Below, piece after piece: positions 51,386 to 64,000 of a DNA stretch of 64,000 nt; the first letter of the stretch is position 1; the number at the start of each line of letters is the position of its first letter. The stretch covers positions 8,074,735 to 8,138,734 of the forward strand of contig NW_002060944.1 of assembly GCF_000150275.1 (NCBI RefSeq), given 5' to 3'. The notes beneath the pieces were generated by a model. The model was given only the letters and a program-made list of their open reading frames with translations, ran no database searches and was not told the origin of the DNA. The translations under genes and the position numbers were made by a program. This DNA comes from Trichoplax adhaerens (Eukaryota; Animalia; Placozoa).

Positions 51386-52962
51386 ATGGCTACACTAAAT
51401 CATCCATCAAATCAAATTAACCCACAACAACGGCAACGACGCCAAACCTGGCCGTCTACTAAACGTCAATATGGTAAAATTCATCAAGGTAGTCAAGGTC
51501 AATGTCAATTATCTAACCAACAACGACAATTATTGCGTGATTATAGACGGCTTTCACAAGTTGTAACCACCATCTCCAAAGATAAACATTCATTTCGTAG
51601 TCTCTCTCGAGATATATTAAATGGCATCATAACGTTAGTACAAATCATCAAGGAGTGGATAATTGTATTAGCTCGCTTTATATGGAATATCATTTGCCTT
51701 AATTATGCTGAAATTGCCGAGCAAGCAGATTTCGGTAATATGTCTAAAATCAGTAGTACGTCAGTGAGCAGAATGAAACAAATTATTTTTAAAAATTATC
51801 AACTTCGCTTGGGAGATGATTTTTATGGTAATATTATTCGACTGCCATTCAAGTATATCTTTACCTTAATTGGTATGATTTATCTTGGTGTCTGCGTTGT
51901 CTTTGCTATAACTTATGTCCTAGCTGATATTATCGATCTTGAATTAGCTTATTCTCCTTGGTACTGGCTAGTCTATAGTTTATCTGTAACGACATGTTTA
52001 AGCTCGGAAAGTTTAGATATTAGTCGAGTCCATATCGGTATACTCCTGATCGCTAATTTACAAGCTTTTATAGCTCAGTTATTATTGGCGTTTATCACTG
52101 GTATCGTTTTTGCTCGATTCTCACGACCTTCTCGTCTAATCCAATTCTCTGACAAGTTAACTATTAACCCAGTCGATGGTATTGATAATATACAAGGAAA
52201 GTTAACAACAATTCGACCACGACTTGCTGTCACTGATTGCCAGTTAAAATTATTTATTATACGACCCTATCAGACTAAAGAAGGCGAAAATGGTGTCCGA
52301 ACTACGTAAGAATTCTAATAATTAGATTATGTTAAAGACGTAAACGAACCATTTTCTCTTGAAAGCTTTCTTATTTACCGTAATTAAGATTGTAAAATCA
52401 ATAAAGTAATGATCGCGATCTCTTAAACTTCGTCTATGCAGATTGAATTTCCTTTACCACAATCTAGCTTGAAACGACTTATGTTTCATTTAATTCGATA
52501 TTTTCACTTGCAATATTTTCAACTTTTAGGGAAATCCCTTTAATTAGTAGTCTCTTTCCTACGATGAGTGTCATGCTTAGATTTTCACATAAATTAAACG
52601 AGGAAAGTCTACTTCGACAAGCTTTAGAGAATCCAGATGAAGATTTTAACTTATTGGCCTACTTTACTGGTACAGATTCTTGTTCTTTCAATACCGTCTA
52701 TGAAATAAAACATTATCGACGCGAAGATATCATTAGGTAAGTTGACTTTATTAGGTAACGGTTGATAGTTCAACCAAGAGCTACCTTGACTAAGTACTAT
52801 CCGTAATCCTTTTTATTTCCGAACAGAAATCATCAATTTGTGGACATGCTCACTAACATCGAAAGTGAGGATAACACTTATAAATTTTCAGTCGATTTCG
52901 CCAAATTGAATCAACTCGTTCCGTTTGACCAAATTAAACAAGAGAAATCAAAGGTGCAATAA
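51386..52962 (+). CDS. Kir-fold channel-like protein, copy 7 (420 aa), filter TCLSSE; exons 51386-52305, 52530-52736, 52827-52962
   Basis: ATG at 51386 aligns with copies 5/6 (MATLNHPSNQ); intact spliced ORF to TAA at 52960-52962. Confidence 0.9.
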
Positions 52963-54191
52963 ATCACAATAACTGTAGAGATCGAGTCTTACAGTATACA
53001 GCTTAAATGGTTTAGCAAGAATAGTTCTCAATAACGTCATGGACTTTGAGCTCATTCGCAGTATACCGCCCTAATTGTTAATTTACTATTTAAGTAATAT
53101 TCTTGGGAATATGATATCCGATGTATGAAATTAGACAAGACTTTCATGTTATGGCTAATTACTAGGGTTAAACGATGAAATTACTCTAATTTAAGAGCAT
53201 CTGAGAATCATCTTTTACTGATAGCGAACAAAAATTATATTTAATGTTCCAGAACTAATGATTAAGCGACAGGAAAGCCGTAAAGCTTGCTTTATCAAGA
53301 TTGTTTGTCAATAGAGATCGCAAGCGAGAAAATAAAGTGCGGGAAGTAATGGCAATGGCAAACTAGAACCCGAATTTTAATAATATATTTATAAATTCAT
53401 AGATTTAGTGTACGTTTTTCTATACAATCGAGATAAAATCAGAATGAAATGTCATGTGAAAGTATCTCATTAATTAGCAGCTATGATAGTGATAGTAATA
53501 AACAGAAGTTAGATTACTGTAACCATTTAAATTTTATCAGTGTATATGCTTGGTTTAACAAATTGAAGCACTTTCGTACTCAAATATTGGCAACGTTCGG
53601 ACTACGGATGACTAAATAAATATTGTTGAAAGGAATCATTTTGCATATCCGGATATAGTAAATTTTGATTACCTGTGAACATCTGGATGCGAGAGCCGGT
53701 TTATAACGTAAAACAGTTGTATTGTTAGGCTAAACAATGGCAACGAATCAACAATAAATAGGATTTTACTTCATAAGACTGAAAATCTAATAATCTTTAT
53801 TGATGAAAGTGATATCTTTAAAGTGGGTAATTAAAACTAATACAGTTATTATAAGTATGAACATGATAAGAAAGCTCCCTACTTGCACTGCTGATTTATT
53901 GACTCTTGATTAAACGATCAATATATAGTAGTATGGAACACGAAAGTTATCAGCATTAGACTTATTTCCAGTAAATAAGTCACTCCAATTGACAATCAAA
54001 TATAAAAAATACAATCTTAACCCTCTCCTAATTGAATATAACTTATGCATCTCTTGAATAAAGTCACGTATAACAAATACACTACAAGTTAATAGCATTA
54101 CAATAAGTAAACGACAATGATCAGAACGCCTAGTAATTACTTGTAAATTAATTATTATTAGTGATCATGCTGCGAATGTCGGGCAATAATA

Positions 54192-57100
54192 CTACATCCA
54201 TGGTTCCCATCCTTGCCATGTACGACCTAAAATATTGGGATCGGTAGCTTGATCAATAAGACAAGTGACTTGATCTTCAACTGAAAGATTGTCAGCTGGC
54301 ATTCGAGCTCTTTCATTATATTGTTTATCCCCCAGCGCGAAACTCTCCAAAATAGATAAATGATGGCATAGCCTAAGCTCATCCCTATATTAAACACACA
54401 AAATGGTAGTTAGCGATGCATTAGCAAGATAATTGATCTTATCTTATGAAATTATTCCGTACTAAATTAGCAAACCTTGTTACAAAAGCTGGATTTGCTC
54501 CTTTCAATTTGCGTTTCGCAAAAGTAACCTTTTCACGAGGATACCAACTAAAATCATCCGATTCTATTAAAGCAGTAATCAGTGCAAATTTTTAGTTTAA
54601 TGTAATGTTGCATTAAAACGGAAAGCACATTTCAGACTAAAATTGCAAACAAAGATAGATAATGAGCTCCCGATCTTTAATCGAATTATGTGTATGAATT
54701 CCTTCATTTAAAGTAGTACAAATATGCATATATAGAATAATCTCACTATACCAGTTCATTTCAAGACTAATTTATATTTATAAATCGGAAGAAATCATAA
54801 CTTACTTTTAATCAATCAACATATATTATTTTACTTTAATTTATTGTAATACTGAACTAATTAAAGTTCACTATAATCATTACACTACAAGACTAATTGT
54901 AAATCAAAACAGACTATTAGTTACCTGTCTTTAAGCCCTGCTTAGCATTTTGTCGGTTAGCAAAATTCTATTTAAAACATAGAAGAAATAAGACAGTGAA
55001 TACCGGAGAAGGCGTTATGTCAATAATTGAAATATGCGTATTACGAATCACTCAGGTTTACCTGCCAATCTAATGACGGTTCCTTAATAAAGACATCCAT
55101 AGTGTTTACAAGCAGATCTGGTTTATTTCGTAGGGCACGCAATGTGTGAACCATACTACATTTCAATTGACCATTTTCTCGTAAAGGAAGCATTAAATTC
55201 AGCATTTGCCTCGTTAGACGGAACGGCATCAGTTCTGGTAGTGGCAAGAACTAATAAAAAAAAAACCGATTTTAACATTGAGCTGCCTTTAATTAATAGA
55301 TAACATGATTTAAGCTAGGCAGTTCCGACAAGCAGTAAGAAATAATATAGATTAAGATCTAAGCTATAATAGAATGAAAACAAAATACAGATTATACCAC
55401 GGTATCCATCTGAACAATTCCAACCAACATTTTACAAAGAGGCTGATTAACTACTTAGAGATCAATTCAGTCTCACAACAGAACAACGGAACTTGTATAA
55501 CTTAACGTTATGCAAACTACAGCCCTTTAAATAATTTATTGCGTCATGATGTTCATTCTGTTCATCGATATTTTCTAAAGTTTACCAAATTACCTAACTC
55601 CTCGTCACATTTATCGGCAATAGAATCTCCAGATAAAAAGTATATCGCAAAAATCTCTTTAACATTTTTATTTCATTTTTATCATTTCACTATACCTGAG
55701 TTGCTGACCCAAATGCATGGCCAAAATCGATACCAATCATACCACCAGTCAAACGATCAATCATGAAATTAGATAAATGACGATCACCAATACCAAGTAA
55801 ATAATGGCATATAGATACAGTAGCATGAGTTCTTGCAAAATGCGATCGAAGCATGAGGTATGCCTCTGAAGAGGCAGATAACGCTACGAAACCTCGTCTG
55901 TGAGCAGAAAAAATTCAAAATAATCAAAAAGTTGCCGATCCAAATTAAAGTATATCTCACCTAATCTTTCTAGCATATTACGAATTACCGCAATAGATCC
56001 CACGGCACAGAATTCTCTCGGAATTTAAAGTGATTTTCTACTTCAGAACGCTTAGCTTTTCTAAAAGTAATAAAAGATTGGTTCATAGAATTATATTTGC
56101 ACCATTCCACACTTGCAATTGTACGGAATAAAGGGTTAATAAACCTACCTATACATCGATTGGTACATATAAAAAGGGTCGCCTGCGCTACCAAATTTAC
56201 CCAACCATTTAGAATAAAGTTTATGAGGTGAACTGTAAATTTAAAATCATGACATTATTAAAAAACAATCACATGGTCATTATTAAGATAGCTTATCGAT
56301 ATCTTGCATTAATTACTTTTGACTGCTTAGATAATGCTGCTTCTCATGATCTTCCATAGCGTCAGTAACAAATTCTTTTAACGTTATCGTATTCTTCATC
56401 CACTCGATCAATCCAAGCCTTTGAGTAAAATCATAGCAACATCAAATTATAATTGTCATCGCCACTATAAGTACATAAGGATCACTCGTTCAACCTTTGA
56501 GTGATTGGTATAACTTGATAGGTGCGAAGTCTTAAATCTTGTTGACTACAAATACTATCTTGCGCCAATATTTCATTCATGACACAGAAAAGCTAAAAGT
56601 ACAGACCAAATATATGCGTGACAGAATTTAACTTTGATTAATATTATCAACATGAAAACAGCATAATCGAGTTGTTAAACCTGCTCGATACGTTGATCCA
56701 AACGCAAATCTTCACCACATTTTACTAAGAATAAGTATTCCTTTTCGTCGTCTCCATGAATTGTCAATCTTAACGGTTTACGTATTGATTTCAACACCAG
56801 TAACTATTAAAACGTAGATTTTTTAATTACATCAATTCCCAAAGTTTAGCAAGGAAACGATGACTTACTCTTTCACCAAAGCTAGCAATCTTAAGGTGAT
56901 ACTCAGGTAAAGGCTTTGATCTTCCAGTATATTGTCCTAATTGTACGCGTAAAATATTTCGTGTTAAATCTTACTTGGTAAATTAATGTCGTAAAAGATC
57001 TTAATAACTAGATATAAAATTATCGATAGGCCTACCGCATATTTTAACAATGTTTACCTGGGACTTCAATAGAATAAGTAAAATTCGCTGCTTGGAAATT

Positions 57101-60100
57101 ACTTAACCAAGGGCAATATTCTTTTAAATTTTCTGGCCTATTCTTAATCTTTCCTGAAATTTCTTGTATCAATCTGGAAGCTATTTTCTCAAAATCCTAA
57201 CAGATATCAAAATAATCTTCAATATCTGATAATCATTTCAACATAGAATAATAGCAACAGACTTACAGAGGCTTTCATCGATTGTAATTTGCTGCCATCT
57301 TTTCCAAAATATTGCTCAATAACTTTTCCAAAGTGCTTCAAAATTGTAAACGTATTAAAATGAGCAAGCTACATTTCAATCTTTCTATCATGAATCAATC
57401 TTACCTGTATGAACCGACGCTTGTGTGACCCAAATTCAATCAATTCACCAGACGTTAAAGATGAAGCAGCTTCTGATTCATTTGAAGCATCAACGAGTAA
57501 ACCATCTCGCAACTTTTGGTAGCAAATCCTTATGCTTTCAGCTATAGAACCAGACTTTTTCTTCAAACCTTTAACTTCGTCTACCCAATCCTATTATGGT
57601 AATCATCCAAAGGTACCGCAGTCATAACTAAAAAATCGATATCGCTCTATCTATCAAAATAATTACGTTATAAGCATTATGAATCAATCTACCTTGAACA
57701 CTAAATCGGGCTGAGACAGCTGCTCCAATGCTCGAACAAAACTCTCTATGAGTGGCAGTTGTAATTTACTACTTAATCTATAAACCAAACCAAACGCATG
57801 ATGATTTAACAATCTTTAACTTGAAGGATATAGAATACTTTATTAGAAATTTATTATATGCAGCGCACGATGACTTACTTTGATACTGCCGTCTTATTTT
57901 GGCGGCCTACAGATGTTTCTTCAAATGTATATTGCTCATTGCTAACTTTAAACGCGTAAATGATAGCCTTAGGACAACAGAATTAAAATTAGTCATAAGT
58001 TATAAAGAATCATAAGATTATCATTCGCAATTTAATTAAGCCTCAGCTACATCATATGTAATTCTACCTGTGGATATTCATCAGCAATTCGGAATAAAAT
58101 TTCCTGCACCGCTCTCGCTTCTGGCTTGTCTAATATTGCCATCATCTGACTAATCCAACCAATAAACATCCAAGATGGAATTGCAGAACTCTATCAATTA
58201 CGTATATATTTGAAAAAATTTTGTTATCAATGTTGCATCCAATAGAAACTTATACTATATCCATTATAGTAATTATCTAAATATTATTTTGCTTCCGTAA
58301 GCCAAAAAATACACTGTATTATCCCAATAGGAAAGATTTGAACAATGTTCGTGCTATAACTGTATTTCAAATATCGATGACGTACTACTGGTTAAAATAT
58401 CAACACTGTCTATAGACTACAATAAACTACTGTGACATAAAAGATCATTTAAAACGTAATGCCTAGTACATCTGTGTTAAGAAATAATTCATCAGCCAAC
58501 AGGTTTAAATACAAATAACATAATAATATTGTTGTTAAAAATATCTAATATTAATATTAAACTGCCGGCTGGTGTAAAAGAGCTGTCTTTGGTTAAACCA
58601 ATTAAGATTGTCAGTATAGTTATAGAAAACACGAAGCTACCAAATCAACGCGAAAAAATTAGAACTATGTAGGCAAATAAGACATCCTAGTATCATCTAT
58701 GATTGTGTCTCATAAACAGACCTTCCTCATGAAACCATCAATAGTATTAGGATTACGCTCAACAATTTGCAACAAACGTGGAAAACGTTGACGTGCATCC
58801 ATAGAGTTGTAAGCCATTGCTTCGAGCGTATAACGTATTATTACTTCCGGGAAAATCTAACAGAATATTATGATACAATAAGTAATCAGATAATATAATT
58901 CCCAGAACTCCCACAGAAAATCAAGCATATCCAGCATTACCTTAGTATCAATAAGGCCTTTAGGTTGATCTATGGGATATATGATTCGAAGCATTAATGA
59001 AAGTATCAGGATAGAGGTACATACTAATTATAGCTGATATCAATAATTAATATAAAAGTGTGTCATACTTGCTTGACCATCTTCTTCATGGCGTAGTATA
59101 TCGTCACAAAAATTTACCATCATCATCATAGCTTCAATGTAGCTACTATTCAATGAATAAATAAAACAGAGTTGCTGAGATCAATCATTAAACAATTTCA
59201 CTTCACAAACCAGTCAAGGCGCTGAATTACCTTCCACCGCGTTCTTCCTTTGATGCTTTCACGGCTTGATGTAACGCTTGGCAAGCGTGAGATGTTAGTT
59301 TCGCCGCAATCTTTCAAAAACAAAGGAAGAAATATTTACAAATACCATAACATCACTTAATCAAAGTAATTACAGGAACTAAAAGGCATACTTTTTCTTT
59401 AGAATCATGTTGATTCACATTTGCAAGCTGATAAAGAGATTCCTTTTTCTCATTCAATAAGTCCAAAATTGACGCATCTTTAAAAATCAACAGTTACAAT
59501 ATCCAACGTTAACAAACGATTGGTACAGGATATCAGCAATATTAACTCGAATTTTATGTATACGCGATAGTATGTTACCAGATTCTGCTAATATCTTGCT
59601 AGTCATGTCCAATAGTCGACTTCGAAGTAATAAATGCTCCCTCATCAATGTAGTATTTTCTAATATCACACTCAAATCTTTAACTTTTTCTAGTAACAAA
59701 GTGTAAATGAAAGAGTAGCATAGAAAGTAATTAGTAAATTCTAAAAATTGAAAATTGATAACCGACGAAATGTTAGATAGTAATATTTATAAGCTAGCAT
59801 TGGGTAATGTGAGGCAATACCAAATTGCGAATTAGCAGTTAGTAACGTTTTTAAGCGTTCATCAGGTGGAGTCAGTAACGATTTATCACAATGGACTTTG
59901 GTATAAATATGTGTCCATTTGACAGTTAGTAATTCGTCTTTATCTAACTCCTAGAAAGGTTAATTTGTAGAGTAGTTGATTAATAAGGTGTGAGGCACAC
60001 AGATTAGCTTATTGCAAATCTGCATATGATAACGTATTCTTTACTGTAGTATAATTCTAAACGTGACTTACCTGATTAATATGATAAAGCGTTTGACGCA

Positions 60101-63100
60101 GATGTTTTATTGCGACAGGATAATTTGACTATCATCAAAAGGTAAGAAATTACATCAACTGAAGTAAATTCTGTTATACATATAATTTAATCAGCAAAAA
60201 TTGGCTATAGAAATACTGTGTACCTGTAACCTAGCTGTATCTGCAAGTTTCAAATAGAGTGAAACTTCTTCTTCTGCTATTCGTTTCTTTAGGACAGGAA
60301 AAGTATAAATCACTCTGTCTTCGCCATCGATCTCCATCGAATCCTCAGTACTATAAATATTAATAATATTAAAGTATTACCTCGAAAGAAACTTTATGAT
60401 ATGATTTAATCAAAAGTTCTCTTTCCAGTATCGGTGGAGTATTGTATTATTTATTACTTAAGGAATACAATGTAAATACATGAAAAAAATTTACCTCGTA
60501 AAAGCTGTCTGAATGACTCTGTACTGCAATAAAATCTTACGCAAGTACATACACCTATTAAGAAAATAGCAGTTAGCTAATTGTACATTTAAGTAGCCAT
60601 AACAATAACTTATATAAGCATTTATATAAGATAACCTATTAACGATAACATCATCCCAGACATTAATAGGATCAATGACTTCATTAGGAAAACGTGTAGA
60701 CCACTTGGATATTAAAGAAAGCACAGGTGTTACAGATTCAAAATTACCTATAATTCAAATTGCACAAAAGTTGAACAAAAAACAGTAAATCCAATATTCT
60801 TATACTGAACGAGAGTCAAGACTGAATAATTATAAGTAACTCACGTCCATCGTCCATGAATTGCAAAAATTCTTGCATTTCAGTTAATGTTTGCAGAGAT
60901 TGTAGTTTGGATGCACGACTATACGATAAAGTACTATCCAACGCAGACCAATCCTAATATAAGATATGAAAAGTCTACAGTTAAATATATGACCTAAAAT
61001 ACTAGTAAAGGCATCATATGCCGTATACACAAAGTAAGGTAACAAATAACAGTAACACAGCCAATCAAATATAATAAATTAAAAGATATTGCATAAGCAT
61101 AACTAAATAAATTAATTGCACAGTCATGATCGCCATAGAATTTAGAATACAGCCCACGATCACAGTAATATTATAATTCTAGCTATACTGATAGCAAAGA
61201 AATGTGCAAATATAAGACAAGCCAGATTTAACGATTAATTGGGCTTAGTTCCATGCTAGTCAGCAATGAAATTAGATTATAATCAGACCTGCAAAAATTT
61301 CTGTATTGAGAAATCTAGGTAATAACGAGCACGATCGTACTTCTCCAATAGAACATGGATTAGAGCAAGACAATCGCAATGACGATTCTAAAAATAGGAA
61401 GCAAAGCATAAGGTATAAGTTTCTAGTAACATTGTGCCAATTGTATCCAGCAAATAAAAGATTTACACTTAACACAAATCAATTATTAAAATCTCTCTCC
61501 AAAGCCATTTTATTATCCGTTCTAATTACCTCTAAAACTGAGAGATGTTCGTCATTAGCAAGTGATTTGTTTAGATACTGAATAAAATGATCACTTCCAG
61601 CTAGGTCATTTTCGCACATGACCTTGGCCTTACTTTTCAAAAATAAGGGCAAGTAATTCTCCTGATACAGATAAAATATTGTCTTTAGTTATTAAGAATC
61701 TTAATACCTTAATATTTTTATAGGTAAAAAATCAAACATCCTAAATAAAACTTTAAATATAGAGCGAGTATCAATACCTGATAGTAATTATCTTCCCATA
61801 TTTTATCAAATGATGGTGGATCATTGTTATCAACGTTAACTAGCGACAGATATTCTAATTTATCCCACTGTGTCAAGTTATATAAGCACTGCATGATGAA
61901 ATATAAGAGCAAAGACCATTAAGAAATTAGTCGAATTTATATGTACATCTATGGATATGAGATAATGATAAAAATTTAACCTACTTCTAATCGAGAGATC
62001 TCCCATAGATCTTCTTCCTCCGCCTGTGGTTCACCGTCGGGCCAACTTGAACAATCCATAGCCTATCCATCAGAATGTTTTATTAAGATACTAGTTAAAA
62101 CAGTATAGTCAGTTTACCGTATTAGGAATAATTCACTGGAGCGCTACATTTCAAAACGTCGCCCCATAAAGCTCCAATATGACCACCTCAATTATTATGC
62201 ACAGACGTTACCTGATTGTAGTATTTCACAGCCGCTGCATAATCATGACGTGATTCCGCTTCTAAGGCTCGTTGAGTAATGTCTTTAGTGCCTAAATGTC
62301 CGCTAAATATGCCACGCAATACATCATAATATCCAATAGATTTGTATAATTTGGATAATTCAATCCAATTACTCGTGGCTTCTGAGGCGCTTGACGTTTT
62401 AATACGCTTCGACGGAGGTTCCTCAGTATCTAGATGCATAATTTGCTTCTCCAAAAGTAAAATACCTTCCAATAATAAATATTGCAGCGTTAGACTTCAT
62501 TCAATATTTCAAAATTTAACTCTCCTATTTATAAAAAGGCTCTTTTCAGCTAAAATTTTATACAGTACCTATTGGTTGCTGTGAACTAGCTAAGCTAGCT
62601 ACGCTAGCAAAACTACTTTGAATTGATAGTTCTTTTTGCTGATAACAAATATCCTAATACAGCAATAAAATACATACAGTAGAAATAAATAAGGCGGTTC
62701 ACCTTGTGAGCTTGTGTGAGTTTATTGCAGTACAGTATTATCAGAAACCGTAAGTAACTTACCTGAACACAGGCTATCAACGGAGGAAAGTAATGTTTCG
62801 ACTTTTTGACAATATTACTAAGAGAAGCTTTAATTTCCGCTTTTGTCTCTGCAGCATCCTCATCGTTAAAGTTTTCTTCAATTTGAGAAAATATCCCATG
62901 GAATAGAGAAGCAAACAGCATACGCGCAATGGTGTTGTCAAGCTTTCTCACAATAAAAATGTCATAATAAAATTAGAAAACTGTCAATTCCAATTGCTAA
63001 CGTTACATTTACTATAAAATCGCGATCAAGCTCTAGCTATAGAAATCTTAGTAGCCATACAGGGCTACCATTCCTTCTCATCAAACAACACTACATAATG

Positions 63101-64000
63101 TACTCAACTAATCTTAGATTATATTCCCGAGTTTTAAAGTACATACCGTAAATTAGGACTGTTAGAACCCGTGCATATACCTACTAGATCGTTTACACTT
63201 AAATTAACATAATGGTAATTTTTGATCGAGATAACAAACCTGAGCAAGAGCTTGAAATGGCGCAATTAATTCAGAATGCTTTATTTGAATATCTGGCAAC
63301 TCTCCATCACGATATTTTCGGTACATAACAACCTTATTTTCGCGTGCAATCTTCTGTTGCTTTAGAATTTCCTACGCAGTCAAAAGGATAAAATCCTATC
63401 TAATCTAGTTGCTTTAAATTTTTACTTATAAATGGATTGGACAATATATATCTGTCATACAGTCATTCTTACCTCACGAAGTTGCTTTTTTCTTCGCTCC
63501 CGCTTAGCATAGAAGGCGTTATTTGCCATCTCACTTTTAATATATCTTCGCCTTAAATGATTTAAACTGGATGAAGGCTGGGAAACAGCTAAAGTTATGC
63601 GCGGAAAATTAAAATAGAACTTTAAGTATCGTTGCGTATTATCAACAGTGAAACGAGAGATGCTGTTTAAAAGTATTTTTACTTGTAGATTAATTCAATT
63701 AATACTTACATTGCGATTGTGGTTGTGATGCAGTTTCACTTGATAGTTTTTGCTGGCCGAAATCTTTACTCAATGGTTTCATTTGCAAAGGCCTTTGACG
63801 AGGACTTTTTGAACTCAGAAATAGTAGTGTACTCGAAGTTTCAGAACTAGTTGATGATAATGACTGCTGCAGGAACGCAGCGTAAGACTGGATACTTTTA
63901 TCAACACTTGACGGGTCAAGCCAATTACGTGCATCAGTGTCTTGTGTTGGTGTAAACTGCAAATTCGTACTTTGTGTAGCACGCAACAGATGTTCATCAG
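54192..64000 (-). CDS. PRKDC: DNA-dependent protein kinase catalytic subunit, 3' portion (many short exons; 5' part lies beyond the window)
   Basis: [14 protein letters not shown] (ABCDE autophosphorylation cluster), [36 protein letters not shown] (FAT), [28 protein letters not shown]...[24 protein letters not shown] (PIKK kinase), and FATC end [28 protein letters not shown] (TAG 54194-54192). Confidence 0.97.

Larger units (their letters stand above)
40270..53852 (+). repeat. Three segmental duplication units, each carrying one of Kir copies 5-7 with flanks
   Basis: Upstream flanks align (~40270-41620, ~45740-46845, ~50080-51385; e.g. gaaacacaatgaatcag, attcatcctaagttgattttt). Downstream flanks align (43210-44237, 48445-49065, 52965-53852; e.g. 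aaattagacaagac, caatcgagataaaatc). Confidence 0.85.

Noticed and set aside
12008-52309. The ~305-aa ORFs as complete single-exon or truncated/pseudogenised proteins
   Set aside because: Each ends at a GTAAG donor whose TAA is intronic. Downstream exons 2-3 restore intact 411-423 aa frames.
54192-64000. Functional link between PRKDC/DNAJC9/UBXN4 and the channel array
   Set aside because: These are ordinary conserved housekeeping neighbours; adjacency in a eukaryote does not imply a shared system.

Overview
AT-rich, intron-dense eukaryotic DNA from an early-branching animal. Composition, short GT-AG introns and gene content resemble a placozoan such as Trichoplax; this is inference. Left end: a complete 4-exon DNAJC9 (+) converging on an ~11-exon UBXN4 (-). 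Right end: the 3' part of PRKDC/DNA-PKcs (-), from the ABCDE TQ cluster through FAT, kinase and FATC. Between them (12.0-53.0 kb) is a head-to-tail array of seven intact 3-exon genes (411-423 aa) with the inward-rectifier (Kir) channel fold. All seven lack the K+ signature T-I/V-G-Y-G, replaced by TCLGSD, TCLGLS, TCLGSE or TCLSSE. They match prokaryotic KirBac rather than animal Kir at indel-level landmarks, and share a new ~130-aa N-terminus with an RRx(S/T)xP phospho/14-3-3-type motif. This looks like a lineage-specific family of non-canonical, probably non-K+-selective Kir-fold channels. The intergenic and intronic DNA holds a solo LTR with a perfect 5-bp TSD inside a long inverted repeat, a 6.8-kb expanded intron with a TACGTGAC cluster, signs of gene conversion among copies 5-7, and many short tandem duplications.
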